64,000 nucleotides of DNA from Blastocystis sp. Blastoise (taxonomy: Eukaryota > Protista > Bigyra: Opalinata). The translations under genes were made by a program, and so were the position numbers. The stretch lies in the NCBI GenBank assembly GCA_039096225.1, contig JBBPEB010000024.1:62001-126000 (forward strand), given 5' to 3'. Shown piece by piece: positions 1 through 16,131 of this stretch; the first letter of the stretch is position 1, and every line of letters starts with the position of its first letter. The notes beneath the pieces were generated by a model. It saw only the letters and a list, made by a program, of their open reading frames with translations. It ran no database searches and had not been told where the DNA came from.

Positions 1-2
1 TC

Positions 3-1080
<1,078 letters not shown>

Positions 1081-1599
1081 TTTATTATTTTTTATTGTTA
1101 TTCAAATGTCTTTATTTTATATACTATTTGTCTATTATATTTAATGCGATGATACTATTGTTTGGGTATATTAAATACACGTCTTTCTATAAATTTGCTA
1201 AATATTAATCATTTTTTTAAAGTTTTAATTAATAAACTTTATTAACAATATATAAAAAATATTATTATGAACAAAATATTATATGGCTTTTATGTATAGG
1301 TAGTAAAATATATATTTTTTAATTTTATTGAATAAACAGGAGATAATCTATTTGATCATTTATTACATAAAGTATTTATTTAAAAAATAGATTCTATAAA
1401 TTTATTAATAACAACAAAAAAATGGTTAACATTGGTTAATAATTATCATAAACAAATACATATATATATTCATCAGAATAAAAGACATGCTGAATATGAG
1501 TAGAATACATTAAACCTATTTTATTTATTTACCAATATAATTACGTTCATAACCGTATATTAAAAAAAATTTAAAAATAAAATAAATATTATCAATATG

Positions 1600-3981
1600 G
1601 CTATCTTTGCTAATCTAGAAATAATTAAACAGTTATATATAATATTTTTACATATAAAATCATAATAAGATACTTTGCTGAATCAAGCTGAAAGATATAT
1701 TAATCTAAATATTTTCGTTATATAATTAATCATAAAATCTAAACTATACACTATTACTTAACAAAATTTATGTATTTTTCTAAATATCAAAAGGATAATA
1801 ATAAGGATAATAATAAATATAATAATAAATAAAATAATAAATAATAAATAAAAAAAATAAATAATTACAATAGTAATTCCAGGAGAGTTAATAATAACAT
1901 ATAATATTTGAGTATAAGAATTATATTGTCCATATTGTTCTTCTCCTTTCTTTAAGTGTATAAAATGAGTATGTAAGAAGATTGGTGTCTTATTCATTTC
2001 TCTTTCAGATATTATATCTTTTGTAGATTCAGATGTTTGAGGAGAAAGAGAAGAAACTGAATCTGTTGAAACTGAGAATGAAGTTAAATCAGGAAGAATA
2101 TAATATTTCAAATAATTCTTAGATATATATTTATGACACTTATAACTATATATATATAATTATATATAATTATATATAAATATAAATAATAATAATAATA
2201 ATAATAATTATTATTATTATTATTATTACTATTATATACTCATTCACTTTATAAATTTGGGATTGATTTTCTAGATCTAATATAGCTGTGGAGATAGCTC
2301 GATGGAAAGATACTATATCTTGTGGAATATAAGGAGAAATCGAATGATGTTCTATATATGCAGATACACTGTCATATATATCAGATATCTTAATACCATC
2401 CATACCACTAGAGTCTATAATATTATTTATACATATATATAATTTATATTGATCAATATATTTATATAATGTAATATCTTCATCAATATCTGGCTTATTC
2501 TATAAAATAATATATTATTATTTTAAATCAATTATATATATATATATATACATAATGAATAGGATCTAATATACACCAATATTCATTTTTATTTTTATAT
2601 ATATCTTTCTCTTCTTTATATATACATAATTGTCGACTATTTCCTTCATTTTCTAAGAATTGACTCATATTTCGTACTACATAAATATCTTTACTATTAT
2701 CTATATATCGATTACATCGCTTATTCTCTATTTTCTCTTCTTCTTCATCTTCTTCATCTTCATCTTCATCTTCTTTTGAATTTGATATAGTAAATAATTC
2801 TTTATCTATATCTATATCGGTATCTATATCTATATCTATATCGGTATCTGTGTCTATATCTATATCAGTATCTATATTCTCATCTCTCTCAATATTATTC
2901 ATATTCATAGTTTCTATTATTGATGTATCTGCTATTATATTATTATCATTAGATTGAATATTTATATCATTTGATAAACTTATATTATTAATCTTTAATA
3001 ATGATAATGGATCTTTATATAGAATTCGATATTCTCCACTGGCTATTGAATGAATATAAGAAGCTAAATCTGTTTCTAATTGAGATATACGATTGTTTAT
3101 AGAATAATATGGGAAATTCTATATATATATATTTATATATATATTAATATATATTAATATATATTAATATATTTATTACATATAAAATAAAATACTTTAT
3201 TTTGAATATAAATTTCTTTTGATTTACTACCAATAGCAAGGTATTGAGATAAAGAAAGCGGATATATAGGAAGTGTATCATTCTTCTATATATTATTAAT
3301 ATATTCAATTTTAATTATCAAGAAAACATTAATAAATACATTTTGTAAATAATAAGAATAATAAACTGGCTTTCCTTCTCCAAAAATTGCATGTTCACAT
3401 ATATATTTATAAAATACATTTTGTATATCTTCTTCTTTAAAACACTATATAATTATTAATATCATATATTATAATATAATCTAATTATTATATACATTAG
3501 TTAAAATAGAAAATAATTCTTTCTTTATATTTGTATAACATGATTCTTGATGTAAGAAGAATATAGTTAGGATTGTATAGATAAGTGGGTATATAGCTGG
3601 ATAAGGTGTAGGAAGAGACGCAGGATGTAAATATTCAGGGAATATATAATCATATAATGGAGCTATATATATATATATTAAATAAAATAGATAAATATTA
3701 TCTTTATATACAGAGTAAATTAATATTAAGAGTAAATAGAGTAGATGCTAATCCTTTAGGATGACGAAATAGTAAGAGGAATAATGTTTTACATTGTTCA
3801 ATAGATAGAGATACAGATTCAGATAATGAACTCCATCCAATATGTAACTATATTTATTAATATATAATATATAATCAGAATAATAAATCTATACTGTTCG
3901 TAATGGTCGATATTGAAATTGTTTGTTCGTTAAAACAACTGGAATAGCATGAAGACGAGTATTAGAATAAAACTATGATAT

Positions 3982-4015
<34 letters not shown>

Positions 4016-4026
4016 TTATATTAGAG

Positions 4027-4058
<32 letters not shown>

Positions 4059-5375
4059 TAACAATATATATACTATAATCATCTTCAACTGTATTATATT
4101 TATCGAATACATTATTTAAATATTCAGGGATATCAGTATACAAGGAAGATAAATATGATATATATAGGTCAAAATATTCACGGAAATTGTATAATAGCCA
4201 GAAGCATGTACAGTTCATACTATTTATAATAATAATAATAATAAAAATAACAATAATAAAAATATATATATCTACACGTAGTTTCAAGAACACTACCATC
4301 TTTATAACGTCTTAATTCTGATTTAGCACCACAGAAAGCGCGGTATTCAGCACACTATAATAATAATAATATTAATAAATAATGAAATATTAATATATAT
4401 ATACAGCTTGTTGATCTTCTGCTGATCGTCCTTTATTGATTGTTATAGAAAGAGATGAAGGATGAAGAGAGAGACATATATAGAAGAAGGAATGGTATTT
4501 ATGAGACTATATATATAATAAATGAAAAATAAAATATTATTCATGATAATAATAAATAAAAAAATAATACTGACGATGATGATGATATATATATATATAT
4601 ATAATATACTTTATTATCTTTTAATTTATTTTGTTTATTAATAAATACTATACACGATAATATTCTTTCTTTTAAAGCTTTTTCTGTTAGCAATATTAAT
4701 TATCTTTGCATATATATATAGGATAAGGAATATTATATAAAGACTCAGGATAAGAAGATTGAGAAGATAAAGGAGGCATTGAAATACTATATAATAATAA
4801 TAATAATAATAAATATATATATATATACCAATATATTCTAAAAATAATTTTAGCATTTGTGTAGGAGTCATGTGCGATGTAATAATATTTTGATCACATA
4901 GGGAACACAAAAGAACACTAAGATAAAATCCATTAATTGAATCACCATATTGAGAAATATTATGTTAAAAAAAGACAGCCCATATAATAAATAAAACAAA
5001 ATAATAATAAATACAATAAACAGAATTTAAATAATAAATATACTAATAATATACCTTTAATAACTGAATAGTTTTACCTATATTGGGGTATTTCTTCATA
5101 TATATATATATATAGTATGAACGGATAAGTATATATCCTCAAAAACCAAATTAGTATAATAAGAAGTAGATACAGTAGCTATATATATATATATATATAA
5201 AGATAATTAATAAATAATAATAAAATATTATAAATATATATCATATAATAGTAAAAAATATATACATGGTTTTCCATTAAAAATTTGTCTACAATTATTT
5301 CTCTCTTCATTTAAATGTTATATCAAAACGACAATAAGAGATAGAAGGAATCAGACGAGCTTTATACGTATATTT
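1600..5375 (-). pseudogene. Decayed multi-exon NOL6/Utp22 (Nrap family)-like gene
   Basis: Exon translations in the order expected for Nrap: ARLIPSIS..RNNCR, STSYYTNLVFED..YPNIGKTIQLLK, SINGFYLSVLLCSL..ITSHMTPTQMLKLFLEYI, GRSAEDQQA/AEYRAFCGAKSELRRYKDGSVLET (cf. FRxFWGxKxELRRFxDGSIxE). In-frame stops/frameshifts seen (e.g. TAA at ~4965). Boundaries approximate. Confidence 0.7.
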
Positions 5376-5423
5376 ACTATAATAATTACATAAGTATAGT
5401 ATAATTAAGATATATATATTTAG

Positions 5424-5476
<53 letters not shown>

Positions 5477-6549
5477 ATTCTTTTTTCTATTTAAAAAAAA
5501 CCGAGAAGAATAAAATAAATACAAAAAGTTGGATCACTTAATTAAAGTTTTAATACTCTATATATATATATATATATATATAATTGATTATCATAAAAAT
5601 ATTATAAAAATAATATTAAGCAAAAAGATAAATAAGAAGAAAACAATTACTGAAATAGATAAATATAAAAATAAATAAATAAAATTAAAATAATAATAAA
5701 AAAAATAATTATAATATAATTAAAAAAATACTTTCCAAACTGACATAAAAGACACAAGAAAGACATTGAGGAGCCATCAATCATTCTATAATATAAAATA
5801 AAGATAGATCAAATAAATAAAACTAATTAGAAAAAATAATTATATACTGAAACTATTTCTAACCAAGCTAAACCATTTGGGATGACACAGAACACGATTC
5901 TACGACAGACTGATTTGTTTGATCTTTGAAAGGCCTGATTCCTAAATAACAAATGAATTAACTAAAATGAAAATATAAAAAATACAACAAATTTGAAACG
6001 CGAACATTGTGCATAAATAGAAACTAATATAATTAAATCAAATATATAATCGTACGTCAAGTTCAGCATAAAAAATAAATAAAAGACCCAGTTTCAAGTT
6101 TTGCTTTTTTTTTTAAATAAAAAAAAAACCGTGTTACTCAAAAAATGACTGTCTGAATTTTTGTTTTTGACTATTTTTTATAAACATCATAAAACAAGTT
6201 TTTTCCTTTATATTATGAGTTTAGATGGTCTATTGAAAACATATTGACAACTTTTTACTGAAAACAAGTCAACATTTCCAAACCACTGATGTTAAGAAAA
6301 CAAACATAAAAACTAGCTCTGTCTGTCAGATAAAGACTCTATTGACCAAATATAAACTTAAAAACCTGATACTAACTCTATATGAGAAGAATAAAGGAAA
6401 ATAGAAAAATAATATCGACTTAGAATTTATTTTTCTTGTTTTTTAGAAAAATTCCTTCTCTAAACAACTTTTTTAGAAGGTCAAATTTTTTAAGAAAAAT
6501 TATTGGACTATTTTAAAATTTTGCCAATCAAAACTCTTAAATAGGCCAC

Positions 6550-7606
6550 CCTGCCTCATAGTGTATATGTATAGTCAAGGTCTGTGTATTTATAAATAAA
6601 ATCCATAGTTGATTCTATGAGGCTTAATCAAAAAGATATCAACTAATTCTTGTTTTAAATTAAAACTAACTTGCTATATGAGTGGTGTTTTTTGTGGAAA
6701 TATCAAATATTAAGTCCATAAATCTTTATTAATAGCTAAAAAATTTCAATATTTTTTCGACCATTTTATGTTTTAAATTTATTCATATATTTAGAAAGTG
6801 TAAAATTGTAAGATTAAAAAATGTAAAGTTTAGAATTTAATAAAATGAAAATTGTTGACAGAACGAGTAATTGAAGTTTTTTAGTCAATTTTTCGATTAT
6901 TTAAAAACAAATTTTAATAACTATTTGGATTGTTTTATGAATATATATGTTGATTCAGATAGTATTGATTAGAATCAAAGGATGTTAAAAATGAATATGT
7001 ACAATATCTCAATACTTTGTGGACCAATATTTTTAAAGGTTTCATATATTATAATAAAATGAGTAATTCTATGTATATAGTAATGAATTTAATCTATTGG
7101 ATTATTTTGAATACTGATTGCTTAACTAGATTGTCTTTTATGTTTAAAAGTTGTTTTTATGTGTGGTGAAAAATGTTATAAACTAAAAAAATAAAATTAT
7201 AAATATAAAATAATGAATACACAATATAAAATTATAGAATAAAAAATATAAATAATTTCCTGAAATTTCTTAAAAAATATAAGAGAAAAATAAATATTAA
7301 GTTTATATAATTTTGATGGAAACAAAAGAATTCTATAAAATATACGACAGTTTTTATTGGTTAAAAATACAAATTTGATCCTTTTAGCATATTTTAGTGG
7401 CCTAGTCGATTAAGTATTTTTTTGTGGGACTGTTTTAGGCCTTTAGACATGAAATTTTTGAAAATTAAAAAAAAGTATCATAATAGATTTTTTATATAGT
7501 ATCTTAATATATTATCAGTTTAACTTAGATACGTAACACAAAAAAGTAATCGGTCCATTTATATCAGTTCAATTTGTGTGCTATCAATCTTTCTTTATAT
7601 ACAAGA
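6550..7606 (-). mobile_element. Helitron 5' end (minus strand), related to the elements starting at 21536 and 36886
   Basis: Reverse complement starts A|TCTTGTATATAAAG..., then CTGATATAAATGGACCGATTACTTTTTTGTGTTAC, nearly identical to the 21536 and 36886 copies. Patchy similarity continues ~1 kb (e.g. AAAAACTTCAATT..GTTCTG.CAACAATTTTCATTT). Matching 3' end not found. Confidence 0.75.
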
Positions 7607-7971
7607 TTTTAATTATCATTAAAATAACGATTAAATAAATGAGAAAATGATGTTTTAAAAGGTAATGAACAAATAAAAACCCCAAAACATATCAGACACA
7701 AAACCATTTTTTTTTTTTTAAATTTTATTTTTTGTATCTAAAAAGGTCTGACTAAAAAATAAAAACTACTCATTAATGAAAATTATTAATCCAGTGAAAA
7801 TGTATATTAGTGCAGCTATTTTTATTTTTGAATAGAAAATTGATATATTTATATAAAATAATAATAAATTATATTTAATAAGTGATAAGTGAATAAGAAA
7901 AGAGAAATAAATTAACAAATAGAAGTGATATAAGTTAATAGTATATGTAAATAGGATACAACGAAATATAA

Positions 7972-8044
7972 GCCTCGATAGCTCAGTCGGGAGAGCGTAT
8001 GACTGAAGATCATAAGGTCCCTGGTTCGATCCCGGGTCAAGGCG
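7972..8044 (+). tRNA. tRNA-Phe(GAA)
   Basis: Cloverleaf GCCTCGA-TA-GCTC(AGTCGGGA)GAGC-G-TATGA(CTGAAGA)TCATA-AGGTC-CCTGG(TTCGATC)CCGGG-TCAAGGC-G. One C:A mismatch in the acceptor stem; T-runs follow. Confidence 0.93.
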
Positions 8045-8076
8045 TAATTTTATTTTTGTTTATTTTTATATAGTCT

Positions 8077-9974
8077 ATGATCGATAAGGATCACTTTGGA
8101 AGTGGTTTGGAGTTCAAACTCTACACCAAAAATATTTTTCCTAAATGGGAAAAATATCTTTATAGATTTCAAATTTGGAAATCTCAGTTCAGAGATGATG
8201 GTCTACAACAGCTGTATCAAAAGTCGTTGTCAAACTATCATTCTTCTTCACTGAGAAAACTGAGTTTAAAGAGATCTACTCATGTATTCAGCTGGAAGTT
8301 TACTCAAAATAAAAAGTTTCAAATTTACAGTCAAAATTCAAAAATAATTAGAAAAATGAAAAATTCAAATTTTTCATGTTCTTCTTCTACCCCTTTTTAT
8401 TTCTCTAATAGAGAAATTAAGAATTTCAAAGCTTCTAATAATGGAATCTACACGTCTTCCGCCATTGAATCTCAAGATCCAAACCACAAAAATTTTGCTC
8501 ATTTACTTAATCGGCGAAGTGAAGTGGTTCGAAAATTGGCTTCTAAGGTTCCATCTACTACTGATAAGGGTCCTCATTACAAAAAACCATGTTTTAGCTC
8601 AAAAGCTCAGAAACAAGAGAGAATGGTGAAATACATTATGAAAAAGGTCCTTTCCAAAAATATCAAAATTGGTATCCGTGATGGTTCTTCTTACTCTACA
8701 TCAGATAATGGTCTTCGTTTAGATTCTTCTATGGTTTCCAAAAACAGAGAGAATGGTGACTTTAAAGAAGTTTCAAAAAATGATGAAAATGGTGTGGAAA
8801 GCAAGATAATGATGAATACGAATGGCTGTGATGATATTAATACTTCAATGGTTCCTAATGAGAGAAAAGAAGCCAAGAATGATGATGAAAATAATATATA
8901 TATAGATGTTATTAATGAGAATACTAATATGAATAATAATATAATAGATATCAATAATGATGAAAATAATATAAATATTAATTATATAGATAATAATAAT
9001 GACGAAAATAATATAGTCCATAATTATGTAAAGAATAATAAGAATATAGATAATAAGAATATGGATAAGAATACTAATGAAATTGGTACTAATATGGAAG
9101 ATAATGATAATAATTATATAGAAAGTGATGATTCTTCATATGTTCCAGATTCTGAAATGGATGATGTTGATAGTTATACCTCTTCTAGTTATTATACATC
9201 AGATATGGATGAAAGTGAAGATATGAATGAATTAGAAAAACATGAAATAGTGAAGATAGATGATATAAGTAATGAAAATAATAATATAAATAATCCTCTA
9301 AATATACTTATGAATGATCTTCTTAATGATGTTAATAATTATATAGATAAAAATGAATATATAGATAAATATAAATATGAAAATGAAATATCAAATGATA
9401 TAGATAATAAAAATATGAATAATATTTCTAATACTCCTATTACTCCTAATAACACTATAACTCCTATAACTCCTATAACTCCTTCTATTCCTATAACTCC
9501 TTCTACTCCTAATACTTCTATAACTCCTTCTACTACTATATCTCCTAATACTCCTATAATTCCTTCTACTCTTATAACTCTTATAACTCCTTCTACTGCT
9601 AATACTTCTATAACTCCTAATACTCCTATAAATGTTTCTACTCCTATAACTTCTTCTACCCCTATAACTTCTGGTACTTCAATAACTCCTATAACCCATA
9701 TTACTTCTATAACTCCTATTACTCCTATAACTCCTCTTGATCCTATAACTCCTATAACTTCTTCTACTTCTATAACTTCTATAAACCCAATAACTCCTAT
9801 TACTCCTATTACTCCTATTACTCCTATAATTCCAATAACTACAATAACTCCTATAAATCCTATTACTCCTATAACTCCTATAACTCCTTCTACTCCTATA
9901 ACTCCTATTATTCCTATTACTCCTGTAACTACTATTAACCATTTATATATTAATTCTCATCTAAATGTTAATAC

Positions 9975-10008
<34 letters not shown>

Positions 10009-10312
10009 ATTAACAGAGATACTGACATAAATAGATTTAATAATATTAATAAATTGTCTAACAATAATAATAATAATAATAATAATAATTCTTTAGATAT
10101 TAATTCCTCAACTAATATAAATGAATCTACTAATATTAATAATAATATGATAATAGATTCTTCTTCTTCTGATAATAATAATAATAATTCTACAGATATC
10201 GATATTAATAATACTAGTATATATGATAATGATATTGATTCTACTGATATTAATATTATAGATATTACAGAAGATGAAACAGATGCTATGAATACCTTTG
10301 ATGATCATGAAG

Positions 10313-10393
<81 letters not shown>

Positions 10394-12442
10394 GAAGAAA
10401 TAGATCTGATTCAATTTCCTCTTCTTCCTCTTCCTCTTCCTCTTCCTCTTCATCTTCTTCTTCATCTGGAATGGATATAGAAGAATCAAATATTAATAAT
10501 AATAATAATGATATTGATATTGATAATATGCCTTCTATTATTCCTTCTATTATCAGAAATTTAAATAGAAATACAAATTCTATTCAACAAACTAATAATA
10601 ATAATAATACTTCTCCTCCAAATAATAATCAAACTATAAATCAATCAATTCCTAATAATAATATTAATAATACTATAAATAACATTGATCTAGATTTATC
10701 TCTTAATAATCATATTAATAATCCTATTATTCCTAATCAATTAAATGTTCCTATTCGTGATAGAATATATCCTTATAATTTAGATAATCTTGATTTACCT
10801 ACTGGAATAATAGAAAACAATATGATGAATACATTATTTAATTCTAATAGAAGAGTATTAACATTAGATTCTTCTATTTATTCTATAAATTCTATTCCTA
10901 ATAATATTCCTAATTTTCCTACAGAATGTAATTGGATATTTCCTTGTAAACCAGATTTCTTTATTGGTTATAATGAAATACGAAATCATGAGAAAGGAAA
11001 AGTATGGAAATATTTAAATGAAATACGTGAATGTTTTAATCATATAATATTAATGTTATCTTGGAATAGATCTATTAATCATTCTAATTTAACAAGATTA
11101 GATGCATTCACTTTATTCTTTCCTAATATAGAAAAGAATGCTATAGATTCATTATTACGTAAGATAAGGAGTAATTATAGACAAATAAATAGAGATACTA
11201 ATATTCCTACTTTAGGCAATAGAAATAATAATCGTATTCCAAATAATCAAAGATTAAGAAATAATCAAATACAAAATGGTTATATTAATATTAATAATAC
11301 TAATAATAATAATAATATTGATATTAATATAAATAACTCTGATATTAATTCTAATAATAATAATAATAATAATTCCAATAATAATGAATCAAATGAAATG
11401 GAAATAGATAATGAAATAAATAATTCTAATAATACTAATATTATTAATAATATTTCTAATTCTAATAATATTAATTCTACTTCTAATAATTCTAATAATA
11501 ATAATTCTAATAATAATAATAATAATAATAATAATCATAATAATATATCCTCTCAATCTTCACTAGATTCTGATATTGATATAGATATGAATTTAAATAA
11601 TTCTAATTCTAATAATAATAATTCTAATAATAATAGAAGAAATAATAATAGAAATAATACAAGACCTTCTAATATTCCTACTTTACAAACTAGAATAAAT
11701 CATAATCCTAGAACAGTTCAAGGTAGAAGAACAAGAGAATTAGAATCAAATAATAATAATGATAATATGAATAATGATAATGAAATGGAAATAGAAAATG
11801 AAGAAGAAAGAAATAATAATAATAATACTAGAAATACTAATGATAATAATAATCCTAATAATAATAATACAGAAATAGATTTAATATCAACTTATTCAGA
11901 AAATAATATTAATAATATTATTAATAGATCAAATAATCTTCATTATACTTCAAATGTGAAAAGAAGATTATCTAGATTAGCTTTAAAGCGTTGGTCTAAT
12001 AATAAAACAATAAATCGATTTAATAGATTTGTAGAAGAGAGATTATATGATCATATTCGATGTTATCCTATAGAAGATTCAAATCATAATCCTACTATGA
12101 CTCCTGAATTAATAGAATCATTTAATAAAAGTTGTGAATATGTATTTAATGAAATATATAGATGGATATCACAATGTGATAGAGGAAGAATAAATCATAA
12201 TGATAGATATAATAATAATAATAGAGATGTAGGTAGTTCAGCTAATGAAGATCGTAATTATCACAATGAAACTAGAAATAGAAATCATCATTTTCATGAT
12301 AATAATAGATTTAATAATAATAATAATAATAATAGAAGATATATTAGAAGATATAATAATAATAGAAATCAAAGAAGATATAATAATAATAATAGAAATA
12401 CTAGAAGATATAATAATAATAATAATAATAATAATAGAAATC

Positions 12443-12484
<42 letters not shown>

Positions 12485-15400
12485 GAAATACTAGAAATTT
12501 AAATACAAATAGAAATGAAAGAAGAATGAATAATGAAATGGAAATTGAAATTGAATCTGAAAATACTAATAATACTAATACTAATTCTAATCAAATTAAT
12601 TCTTCTAATTCCAATATTTCTAATAATGATACTCAATCAGAAAGAGAATCTAATATTAATAATTCTAATAATAATTCTAATACTCATTCTAATAATAATA
12701 CTCATAATAATAATAGATATAATAGAAATAGAAATAATAATACTACAAGAAATAATAATAATAATAGATTTAATTATAATATAAATGATGAGAATGAATT
12801 GAATGAAGAATTAATAAATTCAGAAATTCAATATTATAAGAAAGTATCTAAACTTCTTAATGAATGTATTCAATCTATAAATACATTTACTTCTCAAATA
12901 TCGATGAATAATAATAATTCTATTTCTATTCAATCTTCTATAAATATATTTATAGGTAAATTAGTAGAAATATATGAAATGAATACAGAAGAACCTATAT
13001 TAGGTACTATATTAGAAAATCTAAATATATCAAATATTAATGAATCTATTAATATAATGAATATAGATTTATGGAATGATAGTAAGAATTCATTAAATCA
13101 TTTTTATGATAATTCAAAAAGAATGATTGAAGATTTATTAAAGAATAAAGAAAATATAAAGAATCATAGAGAAGCATCTAAAATAAGGAAAGATTTTGAA
13201 ATTAATTCTAAATCTACTCTTCGTTCTCAAATATGGAATAATAATACTGGAGAACATTGTACTATTCCTCCTGATACTCTTACTCAATTATATTCTGAGT
13301 TATATTCTTCTCATGAATCTAATACTAATTCTACTTCTACTTCTCCTCCTTTATGGTTATCTTCTAATATTTCTACTATACCTGAAAATTCTTCTTCTTT
13401 CAATATTATTAAATTTAAAGATGTTACTAGAATTTTAAGGAAACTTCCTAATAATAGTACTCCTGGTGCTAATGGAATTCCTTATGAAATCTATAAAAGA
13501 AGTACTTCTGCTAGATTATTATTAACCTATATCTTAGAAGTATGTAGATATAATGAAATTACTTTAAATAGTTGGAATGAATCTATTACTTGGTTATTAG
13601 ATAAAGGAAAAGATGATAAATCTTCTTTAAATAATTGGAGACCTTTATGTCTTCAAAATGTAGAATCAAAAATATTTTCTTCTCTTATAGTAGATTATAT
13701 TAATAACATTAATAATTCTTATCATATTATATCTTCTTATCAAAAAGGATTTACTCCTAATGTAGCTGGTTGTGAAGATCTTAATTATATTCTTAGTAAT
13801 ATCATAGCTGATTTTAAATTAAAAAGACTAAGAAATTCTAATTTATTAATTAATTTCTTAGATTTAGAAAAAGCTTATGATACTGTTCCTCATAAGATAT
13901 TATTAAATATTCTTCATATGATGAATTTTCCTAATAATATTATTAATATAATAAAGAGTTGGTATGATAATGCTTCTACTAAAATTAGATATGATAATCA
14001 TCAATATACTTCTTCTATTCATCTTCATAGAGGTATTCGTCAAGGTGATCCTCTTTCTCCTCTATTATTTAATATTATTATAGATCCTCTTCTTAAATAT
14101 ATTAATAATAATAATAATATGAAAGTACAAATAAAAGATAATGATACTATAATATTAGAATCAAATGCATATGCTTATGCTGATGATATAGTATTATTAT
14201 CAAATTGTACTAATGATAATAATATTTTATTAGAAAGAGTAGGTGAAGTATTAGATTATTATTCTATGAAATTGAGTGTTTCAAAATGTAAATGTATGGG
14301 AATGAAGATGAGTGATGATAGAAATAGAAAATTAGAATATACTATTACTCCTCCTATTTATAAGAATGAATCAATTCCTATAATGAATGAAGAAGAAACT
14401 GTAAGATATCTTGGTTGTCCTATTTCTTATATATATACAAAGAGAAGAGAATTTTGGGTAGATAATATAAAGAAAGTAAGTGAACGATTATCTTGTTTAA
14501 ATAATAGTTTATTAACTCCTTGTCAAAAAATTAATGTAGTAAAACAATATATCTTACCTTGTTTAGAATTCTTATTTAGAAATGGTGATATGAATAAGAA
14601 TGATATTACTCTTATTGATACTACTATAAAACAATATATAATGAATTGGTTAGGAACTGGTACTAATCTACCTTCTCACTTCTTTAGTACTCCTATTAAT
14701 AATGGTGGTTTAGGTATTATGCAATTAATTGATAGATATTATATAGGAAAGATATCTTTAATTGCTAGAATGGCTGTTTCTGATGATCCTCAAATTAGAA
14801 ATATTCTTCAATATACTATTAATAAATCTTCATTAACTAATGATTTATTTATGATACCTAATCCTATTGATTACTTAGATAATAATAATAATAATATTAA
14901 TAATATTCCTGAAAATCATAAGAATGATTTATTATTCTTTCAATGGTTAATTAATGATAATCATAAAATAGTAAAAGGAAGAATAGAAAATGGTAATATA
15001 ATAATACATGATACTCCTTATGAATCATTAACAAATTTCTTTCCTTATCTTCGTAAAGCTGTAGATGCTGCTTATAAACTTGGTGTTAATATAGCTTATA
15101 TAGATCCTAATAATATATCTTTAGGTATTAAAATAAAATTAATAGATAAAGATATTCCTGAATTAAATACTACTATTCCTTATGAGAAAGTAAGAAGAAC
15201 GATATGTAAAGAAATTAATAATTTATTGAAGAAGAAACATTCAAAACAATTATTAAATAATTATGAGAATACTTATTATTATAAATATTTAGATAATAAC
15301 ATAGAAAGTAATAGATGGTTATTTAATGGTAAGAGATGTCATCCTATGAAATATTCTGCTTTAATCAATATAAGAATGAGAACAGCATTTACTGGTTCTC

Positions 15401-16131
15401 AATCTTTCTTATATAATAAGAAGAGATCTCCTAAGATTAATGATACTGAAGCTCTTTGTCCTTATTGTTTAGAACATAATAAAAGAGCTATTCATAATTT
15501 GAATCATATTCTTACTACATGTGATAGAATCACAGATAATAATGGAATAGGTGGATTAATTACAAATAGACATAATCAAATATTAAATAATTTATATAAG
15601 AAATTAATAAGAAAATATAAATTAGGAGAATATAGAATAAGTATAGATAAATCATTATCAACTTCCTTTGGTAATGATATATTTAATAGAAATATGAATA
15701 ATCTTCGTCCTGATATAGTAATTATTCCTACAAATCCAAATAACAAAGATATAATAATAGCAGATGTAGGTATAGCATATGAAGGATCTTCTAATCAAAT
15801 AGATCCTCTTCAAACAATGAAACAGAAGAAAGATCATGATTATGATAATGTAATAGAAATATTGAATAATAATGGTTATAGAGTGAGTAATTATTCTTTA
15901 ATCTTTGGTTCTTCTGGAGTTATTCCTAAAGATACTTTAAATAATCTTAGAAAGATATTAGATATTTCTAAGAAGAATGTATCTTATTATGCTTCTATAT
16001 TAAATAATATTATCTTAGATTGGTCATATAAATTCTGGTTAAAATCTCTTCCTGATAGTCATACTATCTCTACTCATTTAAGAAATTCTAATAATAATAT
16101 TAATAATAATAATCAAAATATATCTCAATAA
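8077..16131 (+). CDS. Reverse transcriptase / RLE endonuclease polyprotein, 2684 aa, uninterrupted
   Basis: RT motifs PGANGI, NWRPLCL, YQKGF, FLDLEKAYDTV, GIRQGDPLSPLLFN, AYADD, RYLG, GGLG. CCHC finger CPYC..HILTTC, RHN, and RPDIV..IADVGI..K (PD-(D/E)xK). No APE endonuclease is recognisable. Confidence 0.95.
9430..9935 (+). repeat. Degenerate 9-bp coding minisatellite (ATAACTCCT)n encoding (ITP)n
   Basis: Direct reading; translates as ITPITPITP... Confidence 0.9.

Noticed and set aside
8441-13438. Short Ile-rich or antisense ORFs overlapping the retrotransposon ORF
   Set aside because: Alternative-frame readings of AAT/ACT repeats.
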